Notes: generated from the sequence alone by a model not told the origin. DNA of 64,000 nt from Eledone cirrhosa (GCA_964016885.1 OZ024752.1:11036001-11100000); one strand, 5' to 3'; shown: positions 1-12,833, counted from the stretch's first letter. A program made the numbers and translations.

Positions 1-550
1 ATTCTTGAGTGTTTTTTAGCAAAGTGCTCAATACATAAGGCGATGAATTTATTTCACAAGTTTTTTTTATATCAAATTGATTATTGAAACAAATATTGTT
101 ATATTTGTGGAGAGTCTTGTTATAATATTGCCAGATATATAATAAAACACATTCACTGTTTGGTTTATTTTATATTTCTATAATTAATTTAGCTGGTAAT
201 CAATGTTTATCATTAATTGACCAACAGCTAAAAATATAATGACAAATATAGTCTCTATGAAAAACTGCTAACAAGTAGATGCGAGTCTACATTTTAACAC
301 ATAACTGAAGAGCTTCCGATTCCAGAGTCAGATTCAATAATTAAGCGAACATTTCTCGAGCAGATCAACAATGAAACATATGTCATTAATATGTAATTTG
401 ATACAATATTGTTTCTTTGTTTCCTTATATATTAATATTATTGATAAGCTGCTTCTCAAGAGCAGCGAGTGCTCATTCAGCATACCACCTACGAACGCAA
501 TTAATTTGCACCTTAATACCTCTCTCTAGAGAGAGAGAGAGAGAGAGAGA

Positions 551-610
551 GATTTGACGAAAGTCGATCGACCTATATATATATATAGGTCCATCGACTT
601 TCGTCAAATC
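551..610. repeat. Palindrome centred on a (TA)n tract (fold-back of a SINE end)
   Basis: GATTTGACGAAAGTCGATcGACC-(TA)n-GGTCcATCGACTTTCGTCAAATC; the right arm continues into the SINE at 590-800. Confidence 0.9.
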
Positions 611-800
611 GGACCGAGGAAACAATGTTTCCGTTGGTCTTTCCAATTGTTAATACTATCTATCGGTCGCAACTCCAGGTAGAAGGAGCAGCATGAATAA
701 AGTGTCCTGCTCAAGGATATAACGCATCGCCTGGTCTAGGAATCGAACTCACAACCTCACGATTGCGAATCCAATTGTCTAACCACTCAGCCACACGCTT
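590..800 (-). mobile_element. tRNA-derived SINE, family B (CORE-like)
   Basis: Reverse complement of the copy at 5272-5490; A/B boxes (TGGCTGAGTGG, GTTCGATTCC) and TCCTTGAGCAGGACACTTT core. Confidence 0.75.
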
Positions 801-1019
801 TCATTATAATATATATATAGATATATATATATATAGGTATATGCATATGTGTGTGTATGTATGTATGTATATGTGTATATATATATGTTTGTGTGTGTAT
901 ATATGTGTGTCTGTGTCTGTGTGTGTATGTATATGCAATGTTATGTTTTGTGAGAGCCATGTAGCCAATAAAACATGCTCTAGTTGAGCGTTTCTCGTCT
1001 CTATATTTATTTGTTAGGC

Positions 1020-1860
1020 TCATCGATATTATCCAACCATCTTGCTCAGGGTCTACTCCTGGGCCTCCTGCACGTTGGTTTGCCCTTCAAATATGTCCAG
1101 TGATTCTTACATGATCTCCCAATTCGGAGAAGTAGCGGCTGTACCTGGAGTAACTCTCCAGTGATTCTTTCCTGGGATATTCTAACGATATGCCCATATT
1201 ATTGGAGCTGTGATCTCACAATTCAGAAAAGTAGCGGCTCTACCTGGAGTGGCTCTCCAGTGACTATTTCTGAGACATTCAAACTACATGTATTGGAGCT
1301 GTGATCCCTCAATTCATAGAAGCAGTGGATCTATCTCGACTGACTCTCAAGTGATTCTTTCCTGGGATATTCTAACCACATGTCGATAGTATCAGAGCTG
1401 TGATCTCTCAATTCACAGAAGCAGTGCCTCTACCTGGAGTGACTCTCCAGTGATTCTTTCCTGAGACCTTCTAACCACACGTCCATAGTATCGGAACTGT
1501 GATCTCTCAATTCGGAGAAGTATTGGCTCTACCTGGAGTGACATTCCAGTGATTCTTCCACGAGACCTTCTAACCACGTGTCCATAGTATCAGAGTTGTG
1601 ATCTTTCAATTCAGAGAAGTAGTGGTTGTACTTGGAGTAACTCTCCAGTAATTCTTTCCAGAGACATTCTAACCACATTCCCATATTATCGGAGCTGTGA
1701 TCTCTCAATTCAGAGTTTCTTTCCTGTGACCTTCTAACCACATACCCATAGTATCAGAGCTGTGATCTCTCAATTTGGAGAAGTAACGGATGTACATGTA
1801 GTGACTCACTGATATCCGAGCTACGCACTCTATCGCGTAATGTTATTCCAAACACATGAA
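1020..1860 (-). mobile_element. RTE-type LINE 3' fragment with internal 99-bp tandem amplification
   Basis: Minus-strand consensus unit reads ESLQVEPLLLRIERSQLRYYGHVVRMSQERITG, followed by an RRPRSRP..RWLDNI-like motif typical of RTE ORF C-termini; GAGCTGTGATC-like anchor at 1296, 1395, 1494, 1593, 1692. Confidence 0.8.
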
Positions 1861-2577
1861 ATAAATAACAAACATACAAACGTAGATATTCACATCCTTC
1901 CGCTGAGAAAGCCATTTACATACTCACATCCGATTTTATACATTATGATGTATTATTGATACGTTGCTTTAATGCATAACATCACATCTGTACCTAAATA
2001 CATTTTCAATCCATTTATTCATTTAAGCAACTATTCATGTGATATTCACATTTGCACAATACTAATTTGTAATAAATTCATACTAAACTGACTTTTTAAA
2101 TGTGTTTGGATCTTAGAGTTGAACCAAAATGTATTTAGATATGTTATAACTAATCTTACTAAAGTGACATATGTAAATCATTCTTCTATAGCCAGTATTT
2201 CAAGCATTGGTATACGATATTTGAGGATCAGTGAAGTATTTCAGTAAAAATAAATGTATCCAGTGCAAGTGCTTTACTCAACATGTGCTGACAGACAACT
2301 TTAATAATGGTGCAGCATTATAAATTGTTTTATATCAAATGGATACTATCTATTTGAAGACGAGTTGACATCGTTGGTTAGCCGCATGTCATACCAGACC
2401 GAACAGGCCGATTAAACTATTTACAAGATGCCAACATACTAATTTAACTATAAATTTAGTCGCACGATCGTAAGGTTGTGTGTTCGATTCTTGGCGGCAT
2501 GTTGTCTTCTTAAGCAAGAAAGTATATTTTACGTTGCCACAGTTCACTCGGTTGCTATTTATTGTGATAATTCAATA

Positions 2578-2657
2578 TATTGGGGCGTCATTTATGACAT
2601 TTGTAGAAATTTGTAGGAAAAAAATAAATTTCTACAAATTCCATACTTGACGCAATA
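2578..2657. mobile_element. Short palindromic MITE, degenerate copy
   Basis: Same family as 32038-32112 and 32307-32379. Confidence 0.6.
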
Positions 2658-2833
2658 TTAACATCACTCCCTAAAATGAGTGTGAAATTACACTCACATG
2701 CACACCAGGTCGACACACAGAGGAACTAAACTCCCACTGTCATCTCTTCCATTTCTCTCGCCCACACAAGTATACTGTCAATTATCATAAGTTCAATAGA
2801 TTCGTCCATGCAGTAATTCGTCAATTCACTCAC

Positions 2834-3018
2834 ATTGAAAATGTCTGTCGGACTGTGTGTGTCCGTTTGTCTGCCAATATCTCTGCCCATATGTCTGTGT
2901 GCGTTGGGACAAGATGGAACTGTCGATAGTGTGAAAATATTCACACATGTACACCAGTGAAGCCGAACTCCCTCTGTCATCGCCTCCGTTTTTCTCGTCC
3001 TCCACATCTCTCGGCGGA
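2834..3018 (-). other. Candidate exon of a minus-strand gene
   Basis: Pyrimidine-rich acceptor (TTATTTATTCGTTTGTCTAG) and GTGAGT donor bound 185 nt of non-repetitive sequence open in two frames; no recognisable domain. Confidence 0.3.
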
Positions 3019-3094
3019 CTAGACAAACGAATAAATAATTTCAAATACTAACATGACAGACGCAATCCTCCATATTGACATTAAATAAAAAATA

Positions 3095-4112
3095 AATATT
3101 TCGAACATTTTACATGCAATTATCAACACTAAGCCAATACATGATTCCATATTTTTGACGAAATATGTTTTTATTAAACATCTGTGATACTTTTAGATTG
3201 GAAACCACAATAAATGAGTGGCATATATATATATATAGTTCTCCCCCGGAGAAAAGGTGTTCTAGGGGTTATGTCCCTAGAACACTCGCGAAGAGTGAAA
3301 AACTACGAATATTTGACGAATGCATATAGACGTCAAAATATAACATAAAATATGATTTTAAAAAGAGTGCGCGTCTTATATGAAGGGCGGTCAATAGGCC
3401 GGCAAATAGGGTATATTGTTTTTAATAATTTAACGTTAAAAAATGTATATTGCCACGATAAAAGCCATAAAATAATCGCGGACAATATTTACGATTCCGC
3501 GAATCAGCGGTGGTTTCCATGAATAATTAGTTGTTAGGTTCTAAAGAAAATCCCGCGAATAACCGTAACCATGAGTATCACGGGTACACTGTATTTCGAA
3601 TTAAATATTTTACAAGTACTTATCACCACTAAGCGAATACATGATTCCGTATTTTTGACGAAATAAGTTTTTATTAAACATCTGCGATATGATCAGATTG
3701 AAAACCACAATAAATCAGCGGCAAGTATATATATATAGCTGCCCCCGGTATTCGCGGGGATTACGTTCCAAGAGTACCCGCGAGGAGTGAAAAAACAGCG
3801 AATATTTGACGTGATCTATAGAATGCATATAAACGTCAAAATATTGCCAAGATAAAAGCCATAAAATAATCGCGGAAGATAGTTACGATTCCGCGAATAT
3901 ACGATGGTTTCCATGAATAATTAGTTGTTAGCTTCTAAAGAAAATCCCGCGAATAACCGGAACCACGAGTGTCCGGAATGCACTGTATTTCGAATAAACA
4001 TTTTACATGCACTTATCAACACTAAGCCAATACATAAAAACATATTTCGTCAAAAAAATGGAATCATTAAACATCTGCGATACGTACAGATTGAAAACCA
4101 CAATAAATCAGC
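3095..4112. repeat. Tandem duplication (about 400-500 bp units, 2+ copies) containing a Tigger/pogo-like MITE
   Basis: CATTTTACATGC..TATCAACACTAAGCCAATACAT block recurs near 3105, 3605 and 4000; termini TATAG..CCCCCGGTATTCGCGGGG and CCCGCGAATAACC..CACTGTA. Confidence 0.7.
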
Positions 4113-4525
4113 GACAGATGTTTATTTTCTTGTTTCTTTTTACAATCCATTATCTTCAGATCAAAGAGTGAAAGTTCACTTAAGAACAGCGATAAGAATC
4201 GGTAATGTGTGATGATTTTGTTAAACATTTCCGATTTCTTGAGCTTATCATATAGGTTGTTTTGTAATACATTCTTGGATTTCTATTATTGATTAAATAA
4301 AAGAATCTGTAGAAATATATAACCAGACAGACACTGGAAACTGAATACACATAAGCTTCTTCGAGACATTTCACAGAAATACTCACAAACATATATATAT
4401 ACACATATACAAATATATATATATACACACACACATATATATACACACACACACACACACGCACATATATACACACACACATATATACACACGCACATAT
4501 ATATATATATACACGCGCGCGCGCA

Positions 4526-4574
<49 letters not shown>

Positions 4575-4640
4575 TTAGAAAATAATTTTAGAAAATATAT
4601 ATCTTCACTAGCTCTGACAGTTGGGAGGTAAGCAGTTTAC

Positions 4641-4680
4641 TGTACTGATGAAGGGTAATCACCCAGAAACAGTGTTTACA
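4641..4680 (+). ncRNA. Minimal type I hammerhead ribozyme (slightly degenerate)
   Basis: tgta CTGATGA agggt-aatc-accca GAAA c-agt-g TT taca; stem I tgta/taca; related to the copies at 16620 and 27078. Confidence 0.6.
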
Positions 4681-5271
4681 CTTCTGTTTAAATGTCAACA
4701 CAAGAGCAAGAATGTGGAATCATTCTACTAACATGGCTTTAAAGAGGCTGTTTGCATAATTGTAAACGAATCGATTATTTTCAATAATAATCGAAAAACT
4801 CAGATTACATTTATATTTATTTACGTATGCTTTATTTACGTGTGTAGACATATCCGGTGTGTATACTATAAGTGATTCTTATGATGTAGATTTTACAGTT
4901 TTTTTTAGCAGATAAGAGACGACTCTACCATGCAGGTCTATGTTCTATATATCGAAATGACAAATCTTGCGTGGTATGATTAATTTCAATTAAAAAATTT
5001 ACAGAAAATATTTTGAAATTTTAAAAATACATGAAAAATTAAATGATCAGTGTTTGATGTGAACTAAACAAGAAAGGTCATACAAAAATTATATTTTTTC
5101 TAATATAGATATAACGACTAATGTAAACCACAGTATAGAGAGATGTGGCCTGGGCAATATTTACAATAAATTAGCTTTGTGCACGAACTGTCAAACTCCC
5201 TCACACGCAAACATACATATATACGTTACTGCATATTATGTATCGTTTTGTACATATATATGTGTATGTAG

Positions 5272-5490
5272 TGAAGGCATGTGGCTGAGTGGTTAGAGAA
5301 TTGGATCCGCAATCGTGAGGTTGTGATTTCGATTCCTGAACTGGGCGATGTGTTATATCCTTGAGCTAGACACTTTATTTCACGTTGCTCCTTCTACCTG
5401 GAGTTGCGACACATAGATAGTATTAGCAATTGGATAGACAAAGGAAAACAGAGTTCTCTCGGTCCGATTTGACAAAAGTCGATTGACTAA
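5272..5490 (+). mobile_element. tRNA-derived SINE, family B (CORE-like)
   Basis: GTGGCTGAGTGGTTAGA head, TTCGATTCC B box, TCCTTGAGCTAGACACTTTATTTCACGTTGCTCC core. Confidence 0.75.
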
Positions 5491-5548
5491 AGATATGTGT
5501 ATATGTGTGCGTGTATATTTGTAAATATACATATAATTATGATTATGC

Positions 5549-6860
5549 AGGTGAGCTCTAGAACAAGTGGCCCCATTTTATTCTACATTAATTCAGTTTT
5601 TGACAAAATCTAATGAGATTTCACATATCAAAATTTCACTAAATTTTTATGTTTCTCTCCAGGGTTACAGGACATATTCTTAGTGATTCCCATAGAAATT
5701 AATGCATTTTAGAGTGGCATGGTGACTTTAGGCATAACGTTTTTCATAAACAGGTCTGGGGATGGCTCTGATCTCCCCTATGATGCTATCCTTTAGTTCA
5801 GAAATGGTTCTGAATTTCTTTTACATATACCTTATCCTTTAGGTAGCCCAAAAGAAAGAAATAAAGGTGAGGGAGCTTAAATCAAGGTTGTTTAGGGTTT
5901 ACTCAAAATCAGACTTTAAACTGGTTAGGCGATATCGAAAATTTCTTTCGAGCCATTCACACGATTCAGTAGAGGTGGGATGTCTTGACGCATCTTGCTG
6001 GAACCAGACCCTATTCGTTATAGATGTTTACATGGTATTTAGTTCCTTTTTGAAGTCCTCTAGGACCTTCACATAACGTTACAAAATGACTGTGTCAGTG
6101 ACATTATTGTCTTCGGAGAAGAATGGGACAATCATCACTCTCAGAAATGTCAGAGCAAGAGGTACATTTAGCCCAGTGATGACGTTTCACCGTTACTTCA
6201 GTGGGGCGTTTCTGTACTCCAGGTCACATTCTTCTTAGAGTTGATCATTCTCTCTAAGTAAAAGTTGGTTTCATCAAAGTTCCACAGCAGATTCAAAATA
6301 TTTGGGTTGTTTTCCATCTTCTCCAGTAATTGTTTAACCATAGTCATGTTCTTCGTCTTATCAGCTATAATAAGCTTTTGATCAGCTTGTATCCTGTAGG
6401 GTTATTTGTTAAGACCCTCTTTGATAACCCTTCTGCAAGATTTCGTGGAGAAACCAAAGGATTGGATTCCCCTGCATAGCAATATCACTGGGATCTGTAT
6501 AACATATTCTCGGACCATATCAATCTATTCCCGTGTATGCTTTCTGGGTTTCCCAGAATGGTTAGGACGGTTCTCAGACATTGTAATGAGGTTCTTCACT
6601 GAGGGATGAGTCTCAAATTCTTCACCCAGTTTTGACTTGGATTGCTGATTTGTCGGTTCCAAAAAATGCATGAAATTGCTCTTGGAACTGCTCGTATGAG
6701 CCACAATTATTGTGAGAGTATTACACGGAAAACCTGATGCAGGAGGTCCCATTTTCCCCTTATCCGGTTGTCAGATGTTATATCTACCATGCGCTGATAT
6801 GTAAAATTGTTGGGTTAGAAACTGAATATACCGTGGACACCAAACGTGTGCGGGGCCAGA
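5549..6860 (-). pseudogene. Decayed Tc1/mariner transposase element, DD41D (rosa/Visitor-like) spacing
   Basis: Minus strand gives HSGKPRK..., LWNFDE, VWFQQD, LDLS and (after a frameshift) GYLKDKVYVK..RTISELKDSIIGEIRAIP, with stops and frameshifts; 41 residues from the QQD aspartate to the expected third catalytic position. Confidence 0.85.
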
Positions 6861-8059
6861 CTTTTTTCTTTTAATCAAGCTGTATGAATATAACTTTCAT
6901 ATTTCCGTGGTCTATCAAATAAAATACCATTGAATTATTGGGATCAATTTTATCTATTCCTTTCCCTTACAAGTTTCTGGCTCGAAGTTAAAATTATAAA
7001 CCATAATTTAAGTCAATGCTTAAGAAGGATCGTTATGACGTTCCGTTGAATTTCATGGCTTCTTGCGTTCTGAATTCAAGACCCACTGAGAAAGAATTTG
7101 CCTCTTAAATTTATGGTCTCAAAATAATGTACCAGTCATTTGCTGGGGATCTATTTGATTGATTATCTCCCTTTCATCCACTAAGCTTGCTTGCTCTGAC
7201 CGATCAACAAGATACCAGACCTCATTCGCTTGCTGGATGGGGTGGAACCCGTCAAATCGGCAACAAGTACACAATGTTTCCAATGGTTTTTCCATTGCTG
7301 ATACTATCTACCGCTAACAACAACTGGCAAAAGGAACAACGTGAAATAAAGTTTCTTGCTCAAGGACCCAACGTATCACCCAGTCCGAGAAGTGAACTGC
7401 TGCTGGTGACTCTCTAACCACAAAGGCACGCACCTCCACTAAGTCTTTTACTTAAAATGGAAATACTACATAGAAATTTTGTTATGGTTCTTTACTGTCA
7501 GTATTCGATTCCCGCTTTGGTCAATGTTGCATGCATTGCTACCAAGATCAATGAAATGTAAGGGCAACAAAGCAAGGGGTAGAGACATTTATTAGACTTT
7601 CAATTCTAGCAAAAATCGCGGGTCTTGCACGAAAATAAGAACCGATTAATATATAATTGTATCTAGGAAAGATGTTGAATATGAATGAATGGAATGTTTG
7701 GGTGGGGAGATTTGTAGAAGAGGATACTAGTAATGTCCATGGGAAAGACAGACTAATATACCTCGAACCCAGTATTTTGTTGGAGGAAACAACAGTCCAT
7801 CCTCTCCGGTAATTAACAAGCCTATGATCCTAAATCCAGCATATTGCCCACCAAGCCATTCGCCTTAATATATTATAGATGCATGGAGGGTGCATGTATG
7901 TATATGAATGTTAATGCATATGTATATATATTTGTAGTAAGGTTGCTTGAAGGCGTCCATATGCGGTATGCCGGTTGAGCACTCTATGCTACTTCGGAGC
8001 AAAGTATAATAATAAAGAAAACGAAGAATCAGTGATACATCGGAACACAAGTTATTAAC

Positions 8060-8148
8060 GTATTACAATTGCTTCTCCGGCGAACAGCTCGAGGTGCGAT
8101 CTATTTGTGGATTGAACCTGACTCTAGATTCGCAAGTTCCTCAGATAC
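8060..8148 (-). ncRNA. Hammerhead ribozyme with long stem II in a PLE pseudo-LTR fragment (GAAA to GAAG)
   Basis: gtat CTGAGGA acttgcgaa...ttcgccgga GAAG C-AATT-G TA atac; same family as 26725-26812. Confidence 0.6.
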
Positions 8149-8233
8149 AACTAGTGACTTCGAAGCAAATATATATACATATATTTCGTATCGTGCTTTC
8201 TTCGGATTTTAGTCTTCGCATTTATTATTATTA

Positions 8234-8267
<34 letters not shown>

Positions 8268-8777
8268 GAAGTAATTCCGTCGGAAAAGTCCAGGAAAAAA
8301 GAGTGCTCTATGTAGGTAACAGAGCTTAATAGTTATGTAATAAACAACATAAGGCAATTATTTGGTAAATGAAATAATTGCCTTATGTTGTTTATTACAT
8401 AACTATATATATATATATATATATATTATTTATATATATAAAGCAAGGTATTGGGAAAAAGTGCTCAGAAGGAGAAATATTTTGCGTATTAAAATTTCTC
8501 CTTCTGTAAACTACTACTTGCCTAATTATTACATTTTTTCCTGGTAACATCTTAATACTTAAACATACTCTGTGATATTCTCCTTGGAAATTGTGCTATA
8601 AACGTTTTAACTGGATATTTATGATACACACTACAAGGATAACGTCTAGAAAATTATTTGGTAAGCAGTCCTTATTTTGTTGGCGCACTCACGTCCAACA
8701 GAATTGATTTGATCTACACAATCAAAATTTAATTTATCTTCTCATGTAATATTATATTACGGACTGATTTTTAAACC

Positions 8778-8875
8778 GCCGAGGTTAACTTTGCCTTTCA
8801 TCCTTACGGGGTCGATAAAATAAAGTACCAGTAATACACTGGGATAATTGCTGGCCTTGTGCCAAAAGTAGAAAC

Positions 8876-8880
<5 letters not shown>
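8778..8880 (+). mobile_element. 5'-truncated SINE, family A (Meta-domain-like)
   Basis: GCCGAGGTTAACTTTGCCTTTCATCCTTACGGGGTCGATAAAATAAAGTACCAG...GCCAAAAGTAGAAACAATTA. Confidence 0.85.
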
Positions 8881-8925
<45 letters not shown>

Positions 8926-8973
8926 AAGAAGTGTAAATCAACAGGTTAGAATTAACTTCGTTTATTCATATTC

Positions 8974-9032
8974 GCTGTTACATATATTTCGGTAATAACA
9001 GTTATTCAATAGCTATGATCTCATCAAACAGC
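8974..9032 (-). ncRNA. Degenerate hammerhead ribozyme
   Basis: gctgt TTGATGA gatcatagc...ctgttattacc GAAA t-ATAT-g TA acagc; stem I gctgt/acagc; C3 changed to T. Confidence 0.55.
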
Positions 9033-9418
9033 TAGAACTTGAACTGAGCAGAAAGAACAGAAAATATGATGGCACACAGTTTACCTCTGTTATTTCGGAT
9101 CTTTATATGCCCTGTCCCGAAGCATGATGTTTTGTCAATAAATGTGGCATAAATATATATACATATGTGTGGCATAAATATATATACATGTGTATGGGTG
9201 TGGATGTACAATCGGATATGTCTAAGATAACAACTTGAGTGGACCTGCTTGTCCAAAAAATGGCTAAGTTGTGAACCAATAATCTGAAGACTTAGCTACG
9301 TGATACTATCACGTTAGACATCGCGTTAGACATCACGTTAGACATGACCTAGGCCAACAGTAGCCCAAAGTTATCGAAGTTATATATATATATATATATA
9401 TGGGGAGCGTCTGCAGGT

Positions 9419-9463
<45 letters not shown>

Positions 9464-9748
9464 TATATATATGTTTATGCTAGTGTATTTGCATATTAAT
9501 TGATTGTGTCAAACATATTTATCTTCGATGATTATATTGGATGTTATTATGAAATAAAATGAATAAAGTAGTGATATGTTAATGGTCATCTGAAATGGTG
9601 GAACAACAGGAAATTGACGTCTGTTTAAAATAAAGGAAAGATTGAAATCACTGACTGTTAAATTTAATCTTGGTATCAATATTTCACTTTTTCGACACAT
9701 AACAAATCATATTCTCCCATATATATTTATATATATATATATATTGGC

Positions 9749-9780
<32 letters not shown>

Positions 9781-10003
9781 GGCTCACTATAAATATATAT
9801 ATATAGGCTCACTATATATATATATATATAGGCTCACTATATATATATATATATAGGCTCACTATATATATATATATATATATATAGGCTCACTATATAT
9901 ATATATATATATATATAGGCTCACTATATATATATATATATATATATAGGCTCACTATATATATATATATATATATATATAGGCTCACTATATATATATA
10001 GGC

Positions 10004-10035
<32 letters not shown>

Positions 10036-10143
10036 GGCTCACTATATATATATATATATAGGCTCACTATATATATATATATATATAGGCTCACTATATA
10101 TATATATATATATAGGCTCACTATATATATATATATATCGGCT

Positions 10144-10198
<55 letters not shown>

Positions 10199-10340
10199 CT
10201 CACTATATATATATATGTAGGAGGTGAGTTTTATTGTAGTACAATAAAGCAATGCAGATATCGGATAAGAAGCACTCTACAGTTTGTGGGACTGGAGTAT
10301 GCATAATATAAGATCAAAAGATGGTTAAAGGAGTTCAATA

Positions 10341-10411
10341 TATTTTATTATGCGCATTTCAAAAACAAACATCATCAAATAATAATATTTGTGTTTTCAT
10401 CAGATAAAATA
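10341..10411 (-). ncRNA. Type I hammerhead ribozyme (inverted copy)
   Basis: Reverse complement of 10581-10651. Confidence 0.8.
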
Positions 10412-10580
10412 GGAGAACATGATATGAAGGCTAAAAAAACACTTGTTGATAGTGCAGTTTTAAATCAACATATGATATGTTTTAAATCAACATATGATAT
10501 GTTTTAAATCAACATATGATATGTTGATTTAAAACTGCACTATCAACAAGTGTTTTTTTAGCCTTCATATCATGTTCTCC

Positions 10581-10651
10581 TATTTTATCTGATGAAAACA
10601 CAAATATTATTATTTGATGATGTTTGTTTTTGAAATGCGCATAATAAAATA
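10581..10651 (+). ncRNA. Type I hammerhead ribozyme, intact core
   Basis: tattttat CTGATGA aaacacaaata...tatttg..tgtttgttttt GAAA T-GCGC-A TA ataaaata; 8-bp stem I, palindromic loop III, AUA cleavage triplet. Confidence 0.8.
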
Positions 10652-10681
10652 TATTGAACTCCTTTAACCATCTTTTGATCT

Positions 10682-10714
<33 letters not shown>

Positions 10715-10717
10715 GGC

Positions 10718-10775
<58 letters not shown>

Positions 10776-10776
10776 C

Positions 10777-10808
<32 letters not shown>

Positions 10809-11337
10809 GGCTCACTATATATATATATATATATATATATTGGCTCACTATATATATATTGGCTCACTATATATATATATCTATATATATTGGCTTACCA
10901 ATGGGAAGTTTAACATTTTTTGTTATTTTGTTCCTTTACCACCTTGTTCCCTCTACCACTTTATCAATTTTTTAAGCTAACTCCAACAATAACAACACTA
11001 CCAACACAAAAATTGAGGTCAGATGTACCTAACAATAACAAGAACAACAACTACAGATTGGCTTGCCTCAGAACGAACTTCTATAGAATTTTGAATGAGG
11101 AATGTTCTAACAACTGACCAATGAGAGAAGAGGCCCTTTGACACTGAAATTCGTTTGTTTGAATACATATGATTCCAGTTCCTCAGTGAAATAACAACCC
11201 AACCAGGAACTGGGCATATCAGAGTATTGACAAAATTATACAGAGCAACAACATATGTACTTGTCTATACCACACTAGGGGGTACGCCCTTCACATACAA
11301 ATACATATGTACATGTGTATATACCTATATTACACAT

Positions 11338-11532
11338 TTTTGGAAGGCCGTTGACCCTTATCAGTTCCACCGCCATTTGTCAGGTTTTGTTTTATGTCCT
11401 GCAGGGTCTCCAAAATCCTTCTCCTCACCAAGTAAACTTGGTGGGGTTGCCAGTTTAGTCGCCGACAACCCGACCATGCGACACGTTGTACTGGTTTACA
11501 TGTTACCAGTAGCACTCAAGAGTGACCTGACC
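11338..11532 (-). mobile_element. 5' part of the RTE-derived non-autonomous element (see 22867-23466)
   Basis: Reverse complement matches 22867-23060. Confidence 0.75.
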
Positions 11533-12749
11533 TACTATATGTGTATATGTGTATGTGTGTGTATGTATGTGTGTGTGTGTGTATGTATGTGTGTGTGTGT
11601 ATGTATGTGTGTGTCTATGCCTGTGCCTATTTGTGTGTGTACCTGTGCCTATTTATATGTGTGTGTGTGTGCGCGCGCGCGTGGGGGGGGGGGGCGTCTA
11701 TGTCATTGTGTACATACGTAGATATATCATTTCATAATTAGTGTGTGTATATAATTAATAACTTCATTTTCATACACGCTAACATGACAGGTAATCCCAC
11801 CTGGCGTTGCAAATATGCTTTCTAGAAATAAATCTCAGTATATGAAACAATTCTGCAGGATATGCAACCTAACTCGTCTTTGTGTGAAAAATCTCACATT
11901 TCTTAAAACGATGAGAACAAAGAACTCCTCACACTGTCGCCACCTCTAAGGCATTGGACCGTTCAATTGTCTATTGTTACACTCTCGCATCCACACGCTG
12001 AACTGAAGCTATAATGTTTCTTACCTGAAAATATATACATATGAGACTAATTTTATACACCCACACACACATGTATGAATATATATATTTACTTATATGT
12101 ATATATGTATGAATGTATAGAGAGAGTGATATACACACACACACACACACATTTATATATATATATGTGTGTGTGTGTATATATATTCATAAGTCTATAT
12201 ATATATATATATATATATATATCTATACATATCTATGTATGTGTGTATATATTCATAAGTGTGTGTGTGTATATATATAGAGAGAGAGAGAATGAGAGAA
12301 AGAGAGAGAGAAAGAGAAAGAGAGAGAGAAAGAAAGGGAGAGAAAAGGAAAGAGAGAGAGAGAGAAACTTAACTTCATACATATATAGTCATACATCGAA
12401 TGTATGACTATACCTTAAGTACACGACGCCTACTGCCGTTAAATGTTGCAAGGTAACAAAAGCCGCAAATTTGATTTATTCAAATTTTGAGATCAATTAT
12501 ATAATACAGTTGAGGGTGAGTCTTTATAGATTTGTTCAGCGGGATTCTCATAATTATTGCGGGAAATTTCATTGAGCAACCAGTATGAAATCAAAAATAT
12601 TTAATTAAAATTTCACCTTTCTTTATGAAAATCATTAAGAATTCTTGATTGGTTCACAGCTTGTATGCAAGCACCCACTTCAATTATTACTTCTTCATGC
12701 AGAAATGGTACTTTACTATTCATTTGAAAATGCTGTGGTTAGAATGTTT

Positions 12750-12833
12750 GAGGAAAAAAGCGCTGGACAGATTTTACGAGGAAAAAAGCGCTGGACAGAT
12801 TTTACGAGGAAAAAAGTGCTGGACAGATTTTAC
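12750..12833. repeat. 28-bp tandem repeat, 3 copies
   Basis: GAGGAAAAAAGCGCTGGACAGATTTTAC x3. Confidence 0.9.

Larger units (their letters stand above)
10216..10690 (-). mobile_element. PLE pseudo-LTR-like fragment with about 170-bp inverted duplication
   Basis: 10303-10473 is the reverse complement of 10519-10690; centre has three 22-bp units GTTTTAAATCAACATATGATAT; each arm carries a hammerhead. Confidence 0.75.
9746..10867. repeat. Compound satellite GGCTCAC+(TA)n, about 20 units, interrupted by a fold-back element
   Basis: GGCTCAC recurs between variable-length TA tracts at 9746-10203 and 10715-10867. Confidence 0.9.

Noticed and set aside
6330-6390. ADKTKN motif suggesting a Penelope ORF
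   Set aside because: Lies in frame within the mariner transposase, upstream of the first catalytic Asp
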